Below are positions 18,800 through 27,300 of a stretch of 64,000 nt of DNA, one piece after another. The stretch's first letter is position 1, and each line of letters opens with the position of its first letter. Origin of the DNA: an uncultured Alphaproteobacteria bacterium (GTDB lineage Bacteria > Pseudomonadota > Alphaproteobacteria > Acetobacterales > Acetobacteraceae); contig CAWIVZ010000009.1 in assembly GCA_963839645.1 (NCBI GenBank), forward strand, positions 23,536 to 87,535, written 5' to 3'. A program made the position numbers and the translations under genes. The notes under the pieces were generated by a model. That model was not told where the DNA came from, made no database searches, and saw only the letters and a list, made by a program, of their open reading frames with translations.

Positions 18800-20359
18800 T
18801 CACGGCCTCATGGTGAAGGCCGCCGCCCCCGGCGTCAGCAGCGGCTCGGCCAGGCGGGTAAATTCGCATAGCAGCTTCCGGGTGTCGCGGGGATCGATGA
18901 TCTCCTCGACCCAGAATGTCTCCGCGGTGCGAAACGGCGAACGCAGCTTGTTCAGCCGGTCCTCGATCTCCGCCAGTTTTTTCGCCGGGTCGGGCGAGTC
19001 GGCGATATCCTGGCGGTACGCCGCCTCGATCCCGCCTTCCAGCGGCAGCGACCCCCAATAGCCGGACGGCCAGGCATAGCGCAGCGACAGCCGGCCCATC
19101 GGCTGGTGGATGGCGCCGGCCACGCCGAACACATTGCGGATCAGGATGGTGCACCAGGGCACCGTGGTCTGGGTGATCGCCGCCATCGCCCGCACGCCGG
19201 CGCGGATGGTCGCCGTCTTCTCCGCCTCCAGCCCGATCAGGAACCCCGGGCAATCCACCATATGCACCACCGGCAGATGGAAGGTCTGCGCCAGATCGAC
19301 GAAGCGGATCACCTTGGCACAGGCATCGGCCGTCCAGGCGCCGGCATAATGGTACGGATCGCCGGCCATGATCGCGACCGGACGGCCGTCGATCCGCGCC
19401 AGGCCGGTGATGATCGGACGGCCGAACATGGCGCCCATCTCGAAGAAGCTGCCGCGGTCCACCAAGGTCTCGATGATCGGGCGCATCTTGTAGACGCGGC
19501 GGCGGTCCTTCGGGATCGCCTTGATCAGCGCCTCGTCGCGCCGGTTCGGATCGTCGTTGGATGGCTCCACCGGCGGCGTGGCATGGATCGAGGACGGCAG
19601 GTACGACAGGAACCGCCGCGCGCAGGCGAAGGCCTCCTCCTCGGTATCCACGGCATGATCCACCGCGCCGGCCCGGCACTGGATCTCCCAGCCGCCGAGT
19701 TCCTGCTTGGTCAGCTTCTGGCCGATGCGCTCCACCACCGGCGGGCCGGCGACGAACATCGCCGACGTGTTTTTGGTCATCACCGAATAATGGCTGGCCG
19801 CCAGCCGCGCCGCCCCCAGGCCCGCGACCGAGCCGAGGCCCAGCGCCACCACCGGCACGGTGCCCAGGTTCTGCGCCACCAGATGGTAGCCATAGGAACC
19901 GCCGACGCGCCCGGGCAGGTTGGCCCGCCCGGTGGTTTCGATCGTCTTCACCGAACCGCCGCCGCCGGAGCCCTCGATGATGCGGATGATGGGCAGCCGG
20001 AATTCCAGCGCCATCTGCTCGGCCATCCAGGTCTTTTCCTTGATGGTGGCGTCCGCCGATCCGCCGCGCACGGTGAAATCGTCGCCGCACACGACCACCG
20101 GCCGCCCGCCCACCAGCCCGCGGCCGATGACGCAATTGGCCGGCTGCAGATCGGTCAGCTGGCTGTTGCTGTCGTAGCTGGCCTTGCCGGCAATGGCGCC
20201 GATTTCGTGAAAGCTGCCCGGGTCCAGCACGCCATCGATCCGCTCGCGCACCGTCAGCCGGCCGCCGTCGTGCTGGCGCTTGACCTTGTCCTCCCCGCCC
20301 ATGCGCCGTGCGAGCACCTCGCGCGCGCGAAGTTCGTCGAGTTCGGGTTGCCAGCTCAT
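18800..20359 (-). CDS. acyl-CoA carboxylase carboxyltransferase (beta) subunit
   Basis: ORF 18800..20392 with ATG at 20359 (MSWQPELDELR). The carboxyl_trans fold runs through the whole protein (RLTVRERID...VVVCGDDFTVRGGS...). No biotin carboxylase or BCCP gene is adjacent. Confidence 0.85.
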   Translation of the reverse strand: MSWQPELDELRAREVLARRMGGEDKVKRQHDGGRLTVRERIDGVLDPGSFHEIGAIAGKASYDSNSQLTDLQPANCVIGRGLVGGRPVVVCGDDFTVRGGSADATIKEKTWMAEQMALEFRLPIIRIIEGSGGGGSVKTIETTGRANLPGRVGGSYGYHLVAQNLGTVPVVALGLGSVAGLGAARLAASHYSVMTKNTSAMFVAGPPVVERIGQKLTKQELGGWEIQCRAGAVDHAVDTEEEAFACARRFLSYLPSSIHATPPVEPSNDDPNRRDEALIKAIPKDRRRVYKMRPIIETLVDRGSFFEMGAMFGRPIITGLARIDGRPVAIMAGDPYHYAGAWTADACAKVIRFVDLAQTFHLPVVHMVDCPGFLIGLEAEKTATIRAGVRAMAAITQTTVPWCTILIRNVFGVAGAIHQPMGRLSLRYAWPSGYWGSLPLEGGIEAAYRQDIADSPDPAKKLAEIEDRLNKLRSPFRTAETFWVEEIIDPRDTRKLLCEFTRLAEPLLTPGAAAFTMRP

Positions 20360-20399
20360 GTGGTTTTCCGTTTCTACTGTTCTGAACGGCAAAGAGCCG

Positions 20400-21233
20400 C
20401 TAATCCGGCATCGCCGGCGGGTTGGTGACCTCGAACAGTGTCCCGCCGTAATCGGCTTCCGCCGGCAGGCGCAGGAACCGCACCCCAGCTGCCGATTTCT
20501 CCATCACCGGCAGCACGGTCACGATTTTCGCCGCGCGCGCCGCCGCAACAGCCGCCTGGGCGGTCGTATGACGGCCGAGCTTTTCCAGGTTCTTCTGCGT
20601 CGGGAACACCAGCTTGTAGGTGCCTGCCTCGGTCTCGGCGATCGCCCGCCGCGGCGAGATCCAGATAGAATCGACCGCCTCCTCCCCGTCATGCACCGCG
20701 ACCTGATCGGGCGGCGCGACGGCGAGGAAGAAATGCGTGTCGAACCGCTTGGGCATGCGTTCCGGCGTGATCCAATGGGCGAACGGCACCAGCGCGTCCG
20801 GCGCCAGCACCAGGTCCTCGGCGATCAGGATGTCGGCGAAGCTTTTTTCCCCGGCGGTCATGGCGACGCGCCACGCCTCCTCGATCGACCGCAGCCGCAC
20901 CGCCGAGATCAGGCACCCCTCCTCGCGCGCGCGGGCGAGCAGAATGCCGCATTCCTCAAAGGTTTCCCGCAGCGCGCCCACGCGCAGCGCCGCCTCCGCG
21001 GCGTTCAGGCCGGGCTGCGGCGGAAACAGCATTGGGTTCGCCGCGATCGCGCGATCGCCCGGGTCGACGCTGCCGCCGGGGAACACCAGCGCGCCCGAGG
21101 CAAAATCGATCTGATGGTGGCGCACCACCATGAACACTTCCATGCCCTCGCCACTGTCGCGCAGCAGCAGGACGGTGGCCGCCAGCCTCGGTTCGACAAC
21201 AGTGCGGGGCTCGTTACCCGGATCATTTCCCAT
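20400..21233 (-). CDS. NUDIX hydrolase
   Basis: ORF 20400..21233. The Nudix box is FPGGSVDPGD...ALRETFEECGILLA. Confidence 0.75.
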   Translation of the reverse strand: MGNDPGNEPRTVVEPRLAATVLLLRDSGEGMEVFMVVRHHQIDFASGALVFPGGSVDPGDRAIAANPMLFPPQPGLNAAEAALRVGALRETFEECGILLARAREEGCLISAVRLRSIEEAWRVAMTAGEKSFADILIAEDLVLAPDALVPFAHWITPERMPKRFDTHFFLAVAPPDQVAVHDGEEAVDSIWISPRRAIAETEAGTYKLVFPTQKNLEKLGRHTTAQAAVAAARAAKIVTVLPVMEKSAAGVRFLRLPAEADYGGTLFEVTNPPAMPD

Positions 21234-21292
21234 GCGCCCAGAAGATCACTCTGGCCGCCGCTCGGCAAGGCCACCGCCATGGCGTCGTGCCG

Positions 21293-22099
21293 CTACTGCA
21301 GCAGATGCGCCAACGCCGATCGCAACGGCCCGCTTGGGGCCGGAAACAGCCCGCCGAACGGCATGTCGAGCACGGTGATCACAAAAATCGCCGAGGCGAT
21401 CGACACGGCGCCGAGGCAGAGCATGACCCAAACCAGCAGATTGCGCGGCGCGACCAGTCCAAAACTGGCAAATACCAACGCCAACCAGAATACCAGCACC
21501 ACATAGAAGGGCATAGAGATGGAACTGCGCGCCTCGGCGATCAGCTTCCAACGCCGCTGGGTCAGACGGTCGAGATGATCGAGGCCGCTGTCCATCAGCC
21601 GGCGCTGCATTGTGTTCTTCGGTTCCAACTGGCGGATCTTGATGCCGATGTCCGTCAGCATGTTGCCCAGCGCCGGTGTCTCGATGCGGCCATTCGCGGA
21701 AGTTTTTGGCAGATCCCGTCGGTAGTAGTTACCAGCGGGCGCTGGCTCATCCGGCCAGGTACTGGCGATGGCCGCCGCGGTATAGCCGCGCAACTCGGCG
21801 CGCGCCGCGTCCGCCTCTGGGCCGTACTCCCGCAACAACTGATCGATCTCGATAATCATCGCCCCATAGCCGCGCAAATCGGCGGTGACGCCATCGCGTG
21901 AGCTTTTCACCGAAGTGGTCAGCAATCCGAGCACGAGGGCGGCGAACGTCACCAGCATCGTGGTGACCAGACGGACAAGATCGAACGTTTCCGCGTTGCG
22001 GTGGCGCTCCGACAGCAGCGGGCGGACATACAGACCGATCGCGCCGCTGGCGATCAGTATCAGAACCAGCAGAAGCGAATTCAGAAGTTGCATCATCAC
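21293..22099 (-). CDS. membrane protein, DUF4239-like (1 N-terminal and 2 C-terminal TM helices)
   Basis: ORF 21293..22099. The hydrophobic N-terminus is LLNSLLLVLILIASGAIGLYV and the C-terminus is FYVVLVFWLALVFASFGLV...VWVMLCLGAVSIASAIFVITVL. The family call is from memory only. Confidence 0.5.
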   Translation of the reverse strand: MMMQLLNSLLLVLILIASGAIGLYVRPLLSERHRNAETFDLVRLVTTMLVTFAALVLGLLTTSVKSSRDGVTADLRGYGAMIIEIDQLLREYGPEADAARAELRGYTAAAIASTWPDEPAPAGNYYRRDLPKTSANGRIETPALGNMLTDIGIKIRQLEPKNTMQRRLMDSGLDHLDRLTQRRWKLIAEARSSISMPFYVVLVFWLALVFASFGLVAPRNLLVWVMLCLGAVSIASAIFVITVLDMPFGGLFPAPSGPLRSALAHLLQ

Positions 22100-22408
22100 C
22101 GAGGAGCCTTACCGGTTCGCCGTTGCTCTGCCGACTATGTCAGAAAATACAGCCGGCCATGTCAGATAAAGCAGGCGGGCCACGCAAACCTGGCCGGTGG
22201 CACATCGGCCCCGGCTTCGGCCGCGGGCCAACGGGCTTCAGGGAACGGACGTACTTCCCGCTATGGCATCAGACAGGTGTCGCCATAGCCGAAGGATTGG
22301 CGGACGACCGATCCGCTACATCGCTCTATTTTAAGCCAATTCAATAGCGTACAGTTCGTTTGCTGCGAGTCTCTTAACTCGAACGACGAACAACCAGGAG
22401 CCCAGTCC

Positions 22409-22900
22409 ATGCGCGCCTTCGTGACCTCACTTTGCCTCGCCGCCAGCCTCCTGCTCAGCGCTGCGGCGCAGGCCCAGACCGCGACGACCACCGCCACGGT
22501 AACCGCCACATGCAAGGACGGCACCGCGTTCTCCGGCACGTCCCGCAGTGGCGCCTGCCGCGGCCATGGCGGCGTGCAGGCCTGGGGTGACGCCGCTCCA
22601 GCCGCCGCGGCCAAACCGGCAGCCACGGCTCCCGCCGCGCCGGCCACGGCCGCGGCGCCCGCCGCAGCGCCAGCCGCAACAACGCCCGCCCCGAAGGCGG
22701 CCAAGACGAAATCCGGCCCAGCGGCCACCGCCGCACCCGGCGGCGGCCCCGGCAAGGTCTGGGTGTCCACCGGCTCGAAGGCCTATCACTGCCAGGGCGA
22801 CCGCTGGTACGGCACGACAAAGAGCGGCAGCTACATGACCGAGGCCGAAGCCAAGGCAAAGGGCCTGCACGGCCCACGCGGCAAGTCCTGCACGCCGTGA
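22409..22900 (+). CDS. secreted protein with an N-terminal DUF3761-like Cys motif, an Ala/Pro-rich linker and a C-terminal YHCxG...C module
   Basis: ORF 22409..22900 with AGGAG 8 nt upstream. The signal peptide is MRAFVTSLCLAASLLLSAAAQA. It also contains CKDGTAFSGTSRSGACRGHGGV, a low-complexity AAPAA linker, and VWVSTGSKAYHCQGDRWYGTTKSGSYMTEAEAKAKG. Confidence 0.6.
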   Translation: MRAFVTSLCLAASLLLSAAAQAQTATTTATVTATCKDGTAFSGTSRSGACRGHGGVQAWGDAAPAAAAKPAATAPAAPATAAAPAAAPAATTPAPKAAKTKSGPAATAAPGGGPGKVWVSTGSKAYHCQGDRWYGTTKSGSYMTEAEAKAKGLHGPRGKSCTP

Positions 22901-22911
22901 TTCTCCGAGCA

Positions 22912-22939
22912 CACGGCTGCCGGCGACCCGGCAGCCGTG
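22912..22939. terminator. bidirectional terminator-like hairpin between convergent genes
   Basis: Perfect 12-bp stem CACGGCTGCCGG / CCGGCAGCCGTG with a 4-nt loop. There is no clear U tract on either strand. Confidence 0.5.
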
Positions 22940-22946
22940 AACTCCG

Positions 22947-23699
22947 TCAAGTCAGATACAGCCCGCCATTCACGTGAAGGGTCTGGCCGGTAACGTAGGC
23001 TCCCTCCGGCCCGGCCAGATAACGAACCATGTTGGCGATATCGTCCACGCTGGCCTTGCGTTGCAATGGGATGGTCTGGTCGCCCAGCGTGCTGGGCCGC
23101 GCGCCCGCCGCCGCGCCGCGCACCGTGTCCACCGATCCCGGCGCCACGCTGTTGGCGGTGATGCCGTGCGGCGCCAGTTCGATCGCCAGCGCCCGCATCA
23201 GCCCTTCCAGCCCGGCCTTGGAGGCGGACACATGGCAGCGGTTCGGCGTGCCGACATGGGTGGAAATCCCCGACAGCGCGATGAACGCGCCGCCGCCGCG
23301 CCGGATCATGTGCGGCACCGCCGCCTTGGCCAGAATGAACGCGCCGTCCAGCGCCACCGACAAGATCTCCCGCCACTCGGCCAGCCCCATGTCCAGGAAC
23401 GGCGTCTGCCGCCGCAGCCCGGCATTGCTGACGAGGATGTCGATCCCGCCCAGCTTCGCCACCGCATCCTCGGTCATGCGCGCCACCGCCGCCGGGTCCG
23501 ATACATCGGCTATGGCGGCAATGGCGCGGCCGCCGGCGGTCTCGATCTCCGCCACCACGCCATCCAGCGCGGCCTGGTCGCTGCGGCCGTTGACGACGAT
23601 GGCGGCGCCATCTTGCGCCAGGCGCAGCGCGATGGCGCGGCCGATATTCCTCCCCGCCCCGGTAACCAGCGCGACCTTGCCCTCTAATGCCTTGGACAT
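22947..23699 (-). CDS. SDR family oxidoreductase (FabG-like)
   Basis: ORF 22947..23699. Contains VTGAGRNIGRA, NAG, and the catalytic SASK variant of the YxxxK region. Confidence 0.8.
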   Translation of the reverse strand: MSKALEGKVALVTGAGRNIGRAIALRLAQDGAAIVVNGRSDQAALDGVVAEIETAGGRAIAAIADVSDPAAVARMTEDAVAKLGGIDILVSNAGLRRQTPFLDMGLAEWREILSVALDGAFILAKAAVPHMIRRGGGAFIALSGISTHVGTPNRCHVSASKAGLEGLMRALAIELAPHGITANSVAPGSVDTVRGAAAGARPSTLGDQTIPLQRKASVDDIANMVRYLAGPEGAYVTGQTLHVNGGLYLT

Positions 23700-23723
23700 C
23701 TTGATCTCTCCTTATTCAGCCCG

Positions 23724-25121
23724 TTATTCAGCCATTGGGGGGATGCGGTCCTGCCAGTCCGTCGCGTTCTGCCAGGCCCAGCCGATGCGCAGCGCCATCG
23801 CTTCCTCGCCGCCGCGGCAGGTGATCTGCAACGACAGCGGCAGGCCGGAGCCGGAAAACCCGTTGGGCACCGCCAGCGCGCACAGATCGAGAAAATTCAC
23901 CCAGCGCGTCAGGAAGGCCGGGGTCGTGTTCTGGTCCACCTCCGCCAGCGGAATGGCCGGCGTCATCGTCACCGGCGTCAGCAGCGCGTCCACGTCCGCG
24001 ATCGCGGCGGCGAATTCCCGCTTCAGCGCCTCACGCTCGGCCAGCGCGTCCAGATACTGGCGCGAAGTAACGGCCGCGCCCGCCCGGATTCTCGGGCGAA
24101 CGGCTTCGTCCACTTGCGCATCATTGTTGTCGACGATGTCGCCGACCAGCGCATAGGCCTCCGCCGACATGATCCGCCCGGCCAGGCCGCCATAGGCGCG
24201 AACGCTGCGCGGCAGGGCCAGGTCGACGATCTCCGCCCCCAGCGCCGCCAGCACATCCAGCGAACGGTCGTAGGCCGCCAGCGTTTCCCGATCCACGCCC
24301 TCACGCTCGGCATCCGCCATCCGGGCCAGCCGCAGCCCGGAGACGCCCCGGCGCAACTGCGCCATCGGCTGACTGGCAGGCAGCGCCAGCGTATGCGGGT
24401 CGGCGGGATCCGCACCCTGCATCACCTGCAACAGCAGGGCGCAATCCTCCACGCTGCGGGCCATCGGACCCGGCGTATCCAACGTCTGGCTGAGCGGCAG
24501 AACGCCGTGGGTGCTGATGCGCCCGATCGTGGTCTTCAGCCCGGTGATCCCGCACCACGCGGCCGGCAGGCGGACCGAACCGCCGGTATCCGTGCCGATC
24601 GCGCAGGGCACCATGCGCGCGGCCACCGCGACGCCCGAGCCTGACGACGAGCCGCCAGGCGTGCGGTGGGTGGTAGCGTCCCACGGGTTCCAGGGCGTGC
24701 CCATGTGCTGGTTGGTGCCCCAGCCGCCATAGGCGAACTCCACCGTGTGGGTCTTGCCGATCACGATCATGCCGGCGGCGATCAATTTCTTCGCCAGGGT
24801 GGCGGTCCGTTCGGCCACCCTGCGCCGCCACACCGCCGAGCCGCCGGTGGCCACCCGGCCCTGCAGTTCCACCAGATCCTTCAGCGCGATGGGGATGCCA
24901 TGCAGCGGCCCGACTGAATGGCCGGAGCGGATGGCCTTGTCGGCCCCCTCCGCCGCCATCCGCGCCTCGGTGCGGTAGACCTCCACGAAGGCCTGCAATC
25001 GCGGCTCCAGCGCGTCGATCCGCTGCAGGCAGGCCTCGACGATGTCGACCGGCGAAAAGCGCCGCGCCGCCAGCCCGTCGGACAGGGCATGGACCGAAAA
25101 CTGGGACAGATGTGTGCTCAC
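23724..25121 (-). CDS. amidase (amidase-signature family)
   Basis: ORF 23724..25121. Contains the AS signature GGSSSGSGVAVAA and the GTDTGGSVRLPAA motif. Confidence 0.85.
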   Translation of the reverse strand: MSTHLSQFSVHALSDGLAARRFSPVDIVEACLQRIDALEPRLQAFVEVYRTEARMAAEGADKAIRSGHSVGPLHGIPIALKDLVELQGRVATGGSAVWRRRVAERTATLAKKLIAAGMIVIGKTHTVEFAYGGWGTNQHMGTPWNPWDATTHRTPGGSSSGSGVAVAARMVPCAIGTDTGGSVRLPAAWCGITGLKTTIGRISTHGVLPLSQTLDTPGPMARSVEDCALLLQVMQGADPADPHTLALPASQPMAQLRRGVSGLRLARMADAEREGVDRETLAAYDRSLDVLAALGAEIVDLALPRSVRAYGGLAGRIMSAEAYALVGDIVDNNDAQVDEAVRPRIRAGAAVTSRQYLDALAEREALKREFAAAIADVDALLTPVTMTPAIPLAEVDQNTTPAFLTRWVNFLDLCALAVPNGFSGSGLPLSLQITCRGGEEAMALRIGWAWQNATDWQDRIPPMAE

Positions 25122-25238
25122 GCGGAACGCCCCCCTTGGCTGATTGGCGGCCGACTATAGGGGGGTGGATGGGGCGCGGCATAGCTGGCAAGCTGACGCC
25201 AACAAGCAGCCGGCTTCGCGCCGGAGGGGGAAAGCAGC

Positions 25239-26243
25239 ATGACCGTTCAGACCGTTTCCGGCGCCATCGAACTCGACCAACTCGGCCGCACCTTGATGCA
25301 CGAGCACCTGTTCATCGCCTTCCCAGGCGCCGAGTACGACCCCTCGGCGGAATTCGATCGCGCCGGGTTCGTCGCCGAGGCAGCCAAGCGCCTGCGCCAG
25401 CTGCGCGAGGAACACGGCGTGCGCAGCTTCGTCGACCCCTGCCCGATCGAGCTCGGCCGCGACGCCGGAATGATGGCGGAAATCGCCGAAAAATCCGAAA
25501 TGAACGTGATCTGCACCACCGGCTTCTATTTCGAGGCAATGGGCTTCCCGGTTTACTGGCGCGCCCGCACCGTCGATGAAATCGCTGAACTCTATATCCG
25601 CGAGATCACCCACGGCATCGGCAAGACCGGCGTCAAGGCCGGCGCCATCAAGGTCGCCACCGGCGCGCCGGTCATCACCGAGCTGGAGGAGAAATTCCTC
25701 GCCGCCGCCTGCATCGCCCAGAAGGCGACCGGCGTGCCGATCATCACCCACACCCAGGATGGCTACGGCGGGCCGCAGCAGCAGAAGCTGTTCGCCGATG
25801 GCGGGGTGGAGCCGCATCGCTGCCTGATCGGCCATTGCTGCGGCAACCCCGATCCGTCGTACCACAAGCAGGTCGTCGATGGCGGGTCCTATATCGGCTT
25901 CGACCGGATCGGAATCCTCCGCCTGATGCCGGATGAAACCCGCGCCGACAATCTGGTGAAACTGGTCCGCGCCGGCCATCGCGCCCAGATCATGATGAGC
26001 CAGGACCGCCATTGCGGCTGGCTCGGCAAGTTCGCCCGCCAGGTGCCGCCGGAGGAACAGGCGAAGATCGACGCGGCGAAGGCGGCCGGCCAGTGGCCGC
26101 CGCCGTACACCTATCTGTTCACCGATTTCGTGCCGATGCTGCGCGAGCGCGGACTGAACGAGCAGGAGATCTTCTCCATCCTCGACGAGAACCCCCGCCG
26201 CTTCTTCGCCGGCGAGGCGCTGCCCCCCGCCATGGCGACCTGA
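25239..26243 (+). CDS. phosphotriesterase-related protein (PTE/PHP family, possible lactonase)
   Basis: ORF 25239..26243. Contains the TLMHEHL metal motif, ITHT, and a GHC...D pattern typical of amidohydrolase-fold PTE homologues. Confidence 0.8.
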   Translation: MTVQTVSGAIELDQLGRTLMHEHLFIAFPGAEYDPSAEFDRAGFVAEAAKRLRQLREEHGVRSFVDPCPIELGRDAGMMAEIAEKSEMNVICTTGFYFEAMGFPVYWRARTVDEIAELYIREITHGIGKTGVKAGAIKVATGAPVITELEEKFLAAACIAQKATGVPIITHTQDGYGGPQQQKLFADGGVEPHRCLIGHCCGNPDPSYHKQVVDGGSYIGFDRIGILRLMPDETRADNLVKLVRAGHRAQIMMSQDRHCGWLGKFARQVPPEEQAKIDAAKAAGQWPPPYTYLFTDFVPMLRERGLNEQEIFSILDENPRRFFAGEALPPAMAT

Positions 26244-26246
26244 CGC

Positions 26247-27293
26247 ATGAAGGTCCTGACCACCCTGCCGCAAGCGGATCTGCGCCGGGTCGCGGAAGCC
26301 GCGAAACAGGCCGAGGCGGACGGCTACGACGCCGCGATGACGATGGAGAACAAGAACGACCCGTTCCTGGCCCACGCCATCGCCGGCGTGGTGACGGAAC
26401 GGATGGAGCTCGGCACCTCCGTCGCGATCTCGTTTCCGCGCAGCCCGATGGTTACCGCCAATGTCTGCTGGGATCTGCAGATCGCCTCGCGCGGGCGCTT
26501 CGTGCTCGGCATCGGCCCGCAGGTCCGCCCGCATAACGAAAAGCGCTTCTCCGTGCCGTGGACCCCACCGGTGCCGCGGATGCGCGAATACGTGCAGGCT
26601 CTGCGGGCGATCTGGACCACCTGGGAGAAGGGCGAGAAGCTGGACTATCGCGGCCAGCACTACACCTTCACCCTGATGCCGCCCTATTTCGTGCCCGCTT
26701 CGCAGCACCTGAAGATGGTGCCGATCACGCTCGCCGCCGTCGGGCCGCATTCGCTGCGCCTGGCCGGCGAGGTCGGCGACGGCGTGCGGCTGCATTCCTT
26801 CTGCACCCGCGGCTATGTCGACAAGTTCGTGGTGCCGCTGGTGCAGGAAGGCATGGCGAAATCCGGCCGGTCGCTGGAGAATTTCGAGATCACCGGCGGC
26901 GGCTTCGTCGCCACCGGCGCGGACGAGGCAACCACCGCGAAGAACTTCGAGTGGGTGCGCACAAGGATCGGCTTCTACGGCTCCACCCCCGGCTACTGGG
27001 GCGTTCTGGAAACCCACGGCTACGGCGATCTCGGCCGCGAACTGAACCAGATGTCCAAGCAGGGCAAATGGGCGGAAATGACCGGACGCGTGCCCGACGA
27101 ACTCGTGCACATCTTCGCCGCCGTCGGCACCCACAAGGAAATCGCGGGCGCGATCGAACAACGCTTCGGCGGTGTCAGCGATGCCATCTCGCTGCGCGGC
27201 GATCCCGCCGTGCATGCCCCGGTGCCGCCGGACCTGATCCAGGACATAAAGCGCATCCCGACCCGTTTCACCGGCTACAAGACGGCCTGGTAG
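26247..27293 (+). CDS. LLM class (luciferase-like) oxidoreductase, TIGR03617-like predicted F420-dependent family
   Basis: ORF 26247..27293. Typical pattern ...AEADGYDAAMTMENKNDPF...LGTSVAISFPRSPMV...RFVLGIGPQV...FYGSTPGYW. The subfamily assignment is from memory. Confidence 0.65.
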   Translation: MKVLTTLPQADLRRVAEAAKQAEADGYDAAMTMENKNDPFLAHAIAGVVTERMELGTSVAISFPRSPMVTANVCWDLQIASRGRFVLGIGPQVRPHNEKRFSVPWTPPVPRMREYVQALRAIWTTWEKGEKLDYRGQHYTFTLMPPYFVPASQHLKMVPITLAAVGPHSLRLAGEVGDGVRLHSFCTRGYVDKFVVPLVQEGMAKSGRSLENFEITGGGFVATGADEATTAKNFEWVRTRIGFYGSTPGYWGVLETHGYGDLGRELNQMSKQGKWAEMTGRVPDELVHIFAAVGTHKEIAGAIEQRFGGVSDAISLRGDPAVHAPVPPDLIQDIKRIPTRFTGYKTAW

Positions 27294-27300
27294 AGAGCAT

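Noticed and set aside
22580-22740. Repetitive GCC/GCG/CCG-rich stretch that might be a tandem-repeat or CRISPR-like array.
   Set aside because: It is the Ala/Pro-rich low-complexity linker of the secreted protein 22409..22900. It has no regular repeat-spacer periodicity. No CRISPR array exists anywhere in the window.
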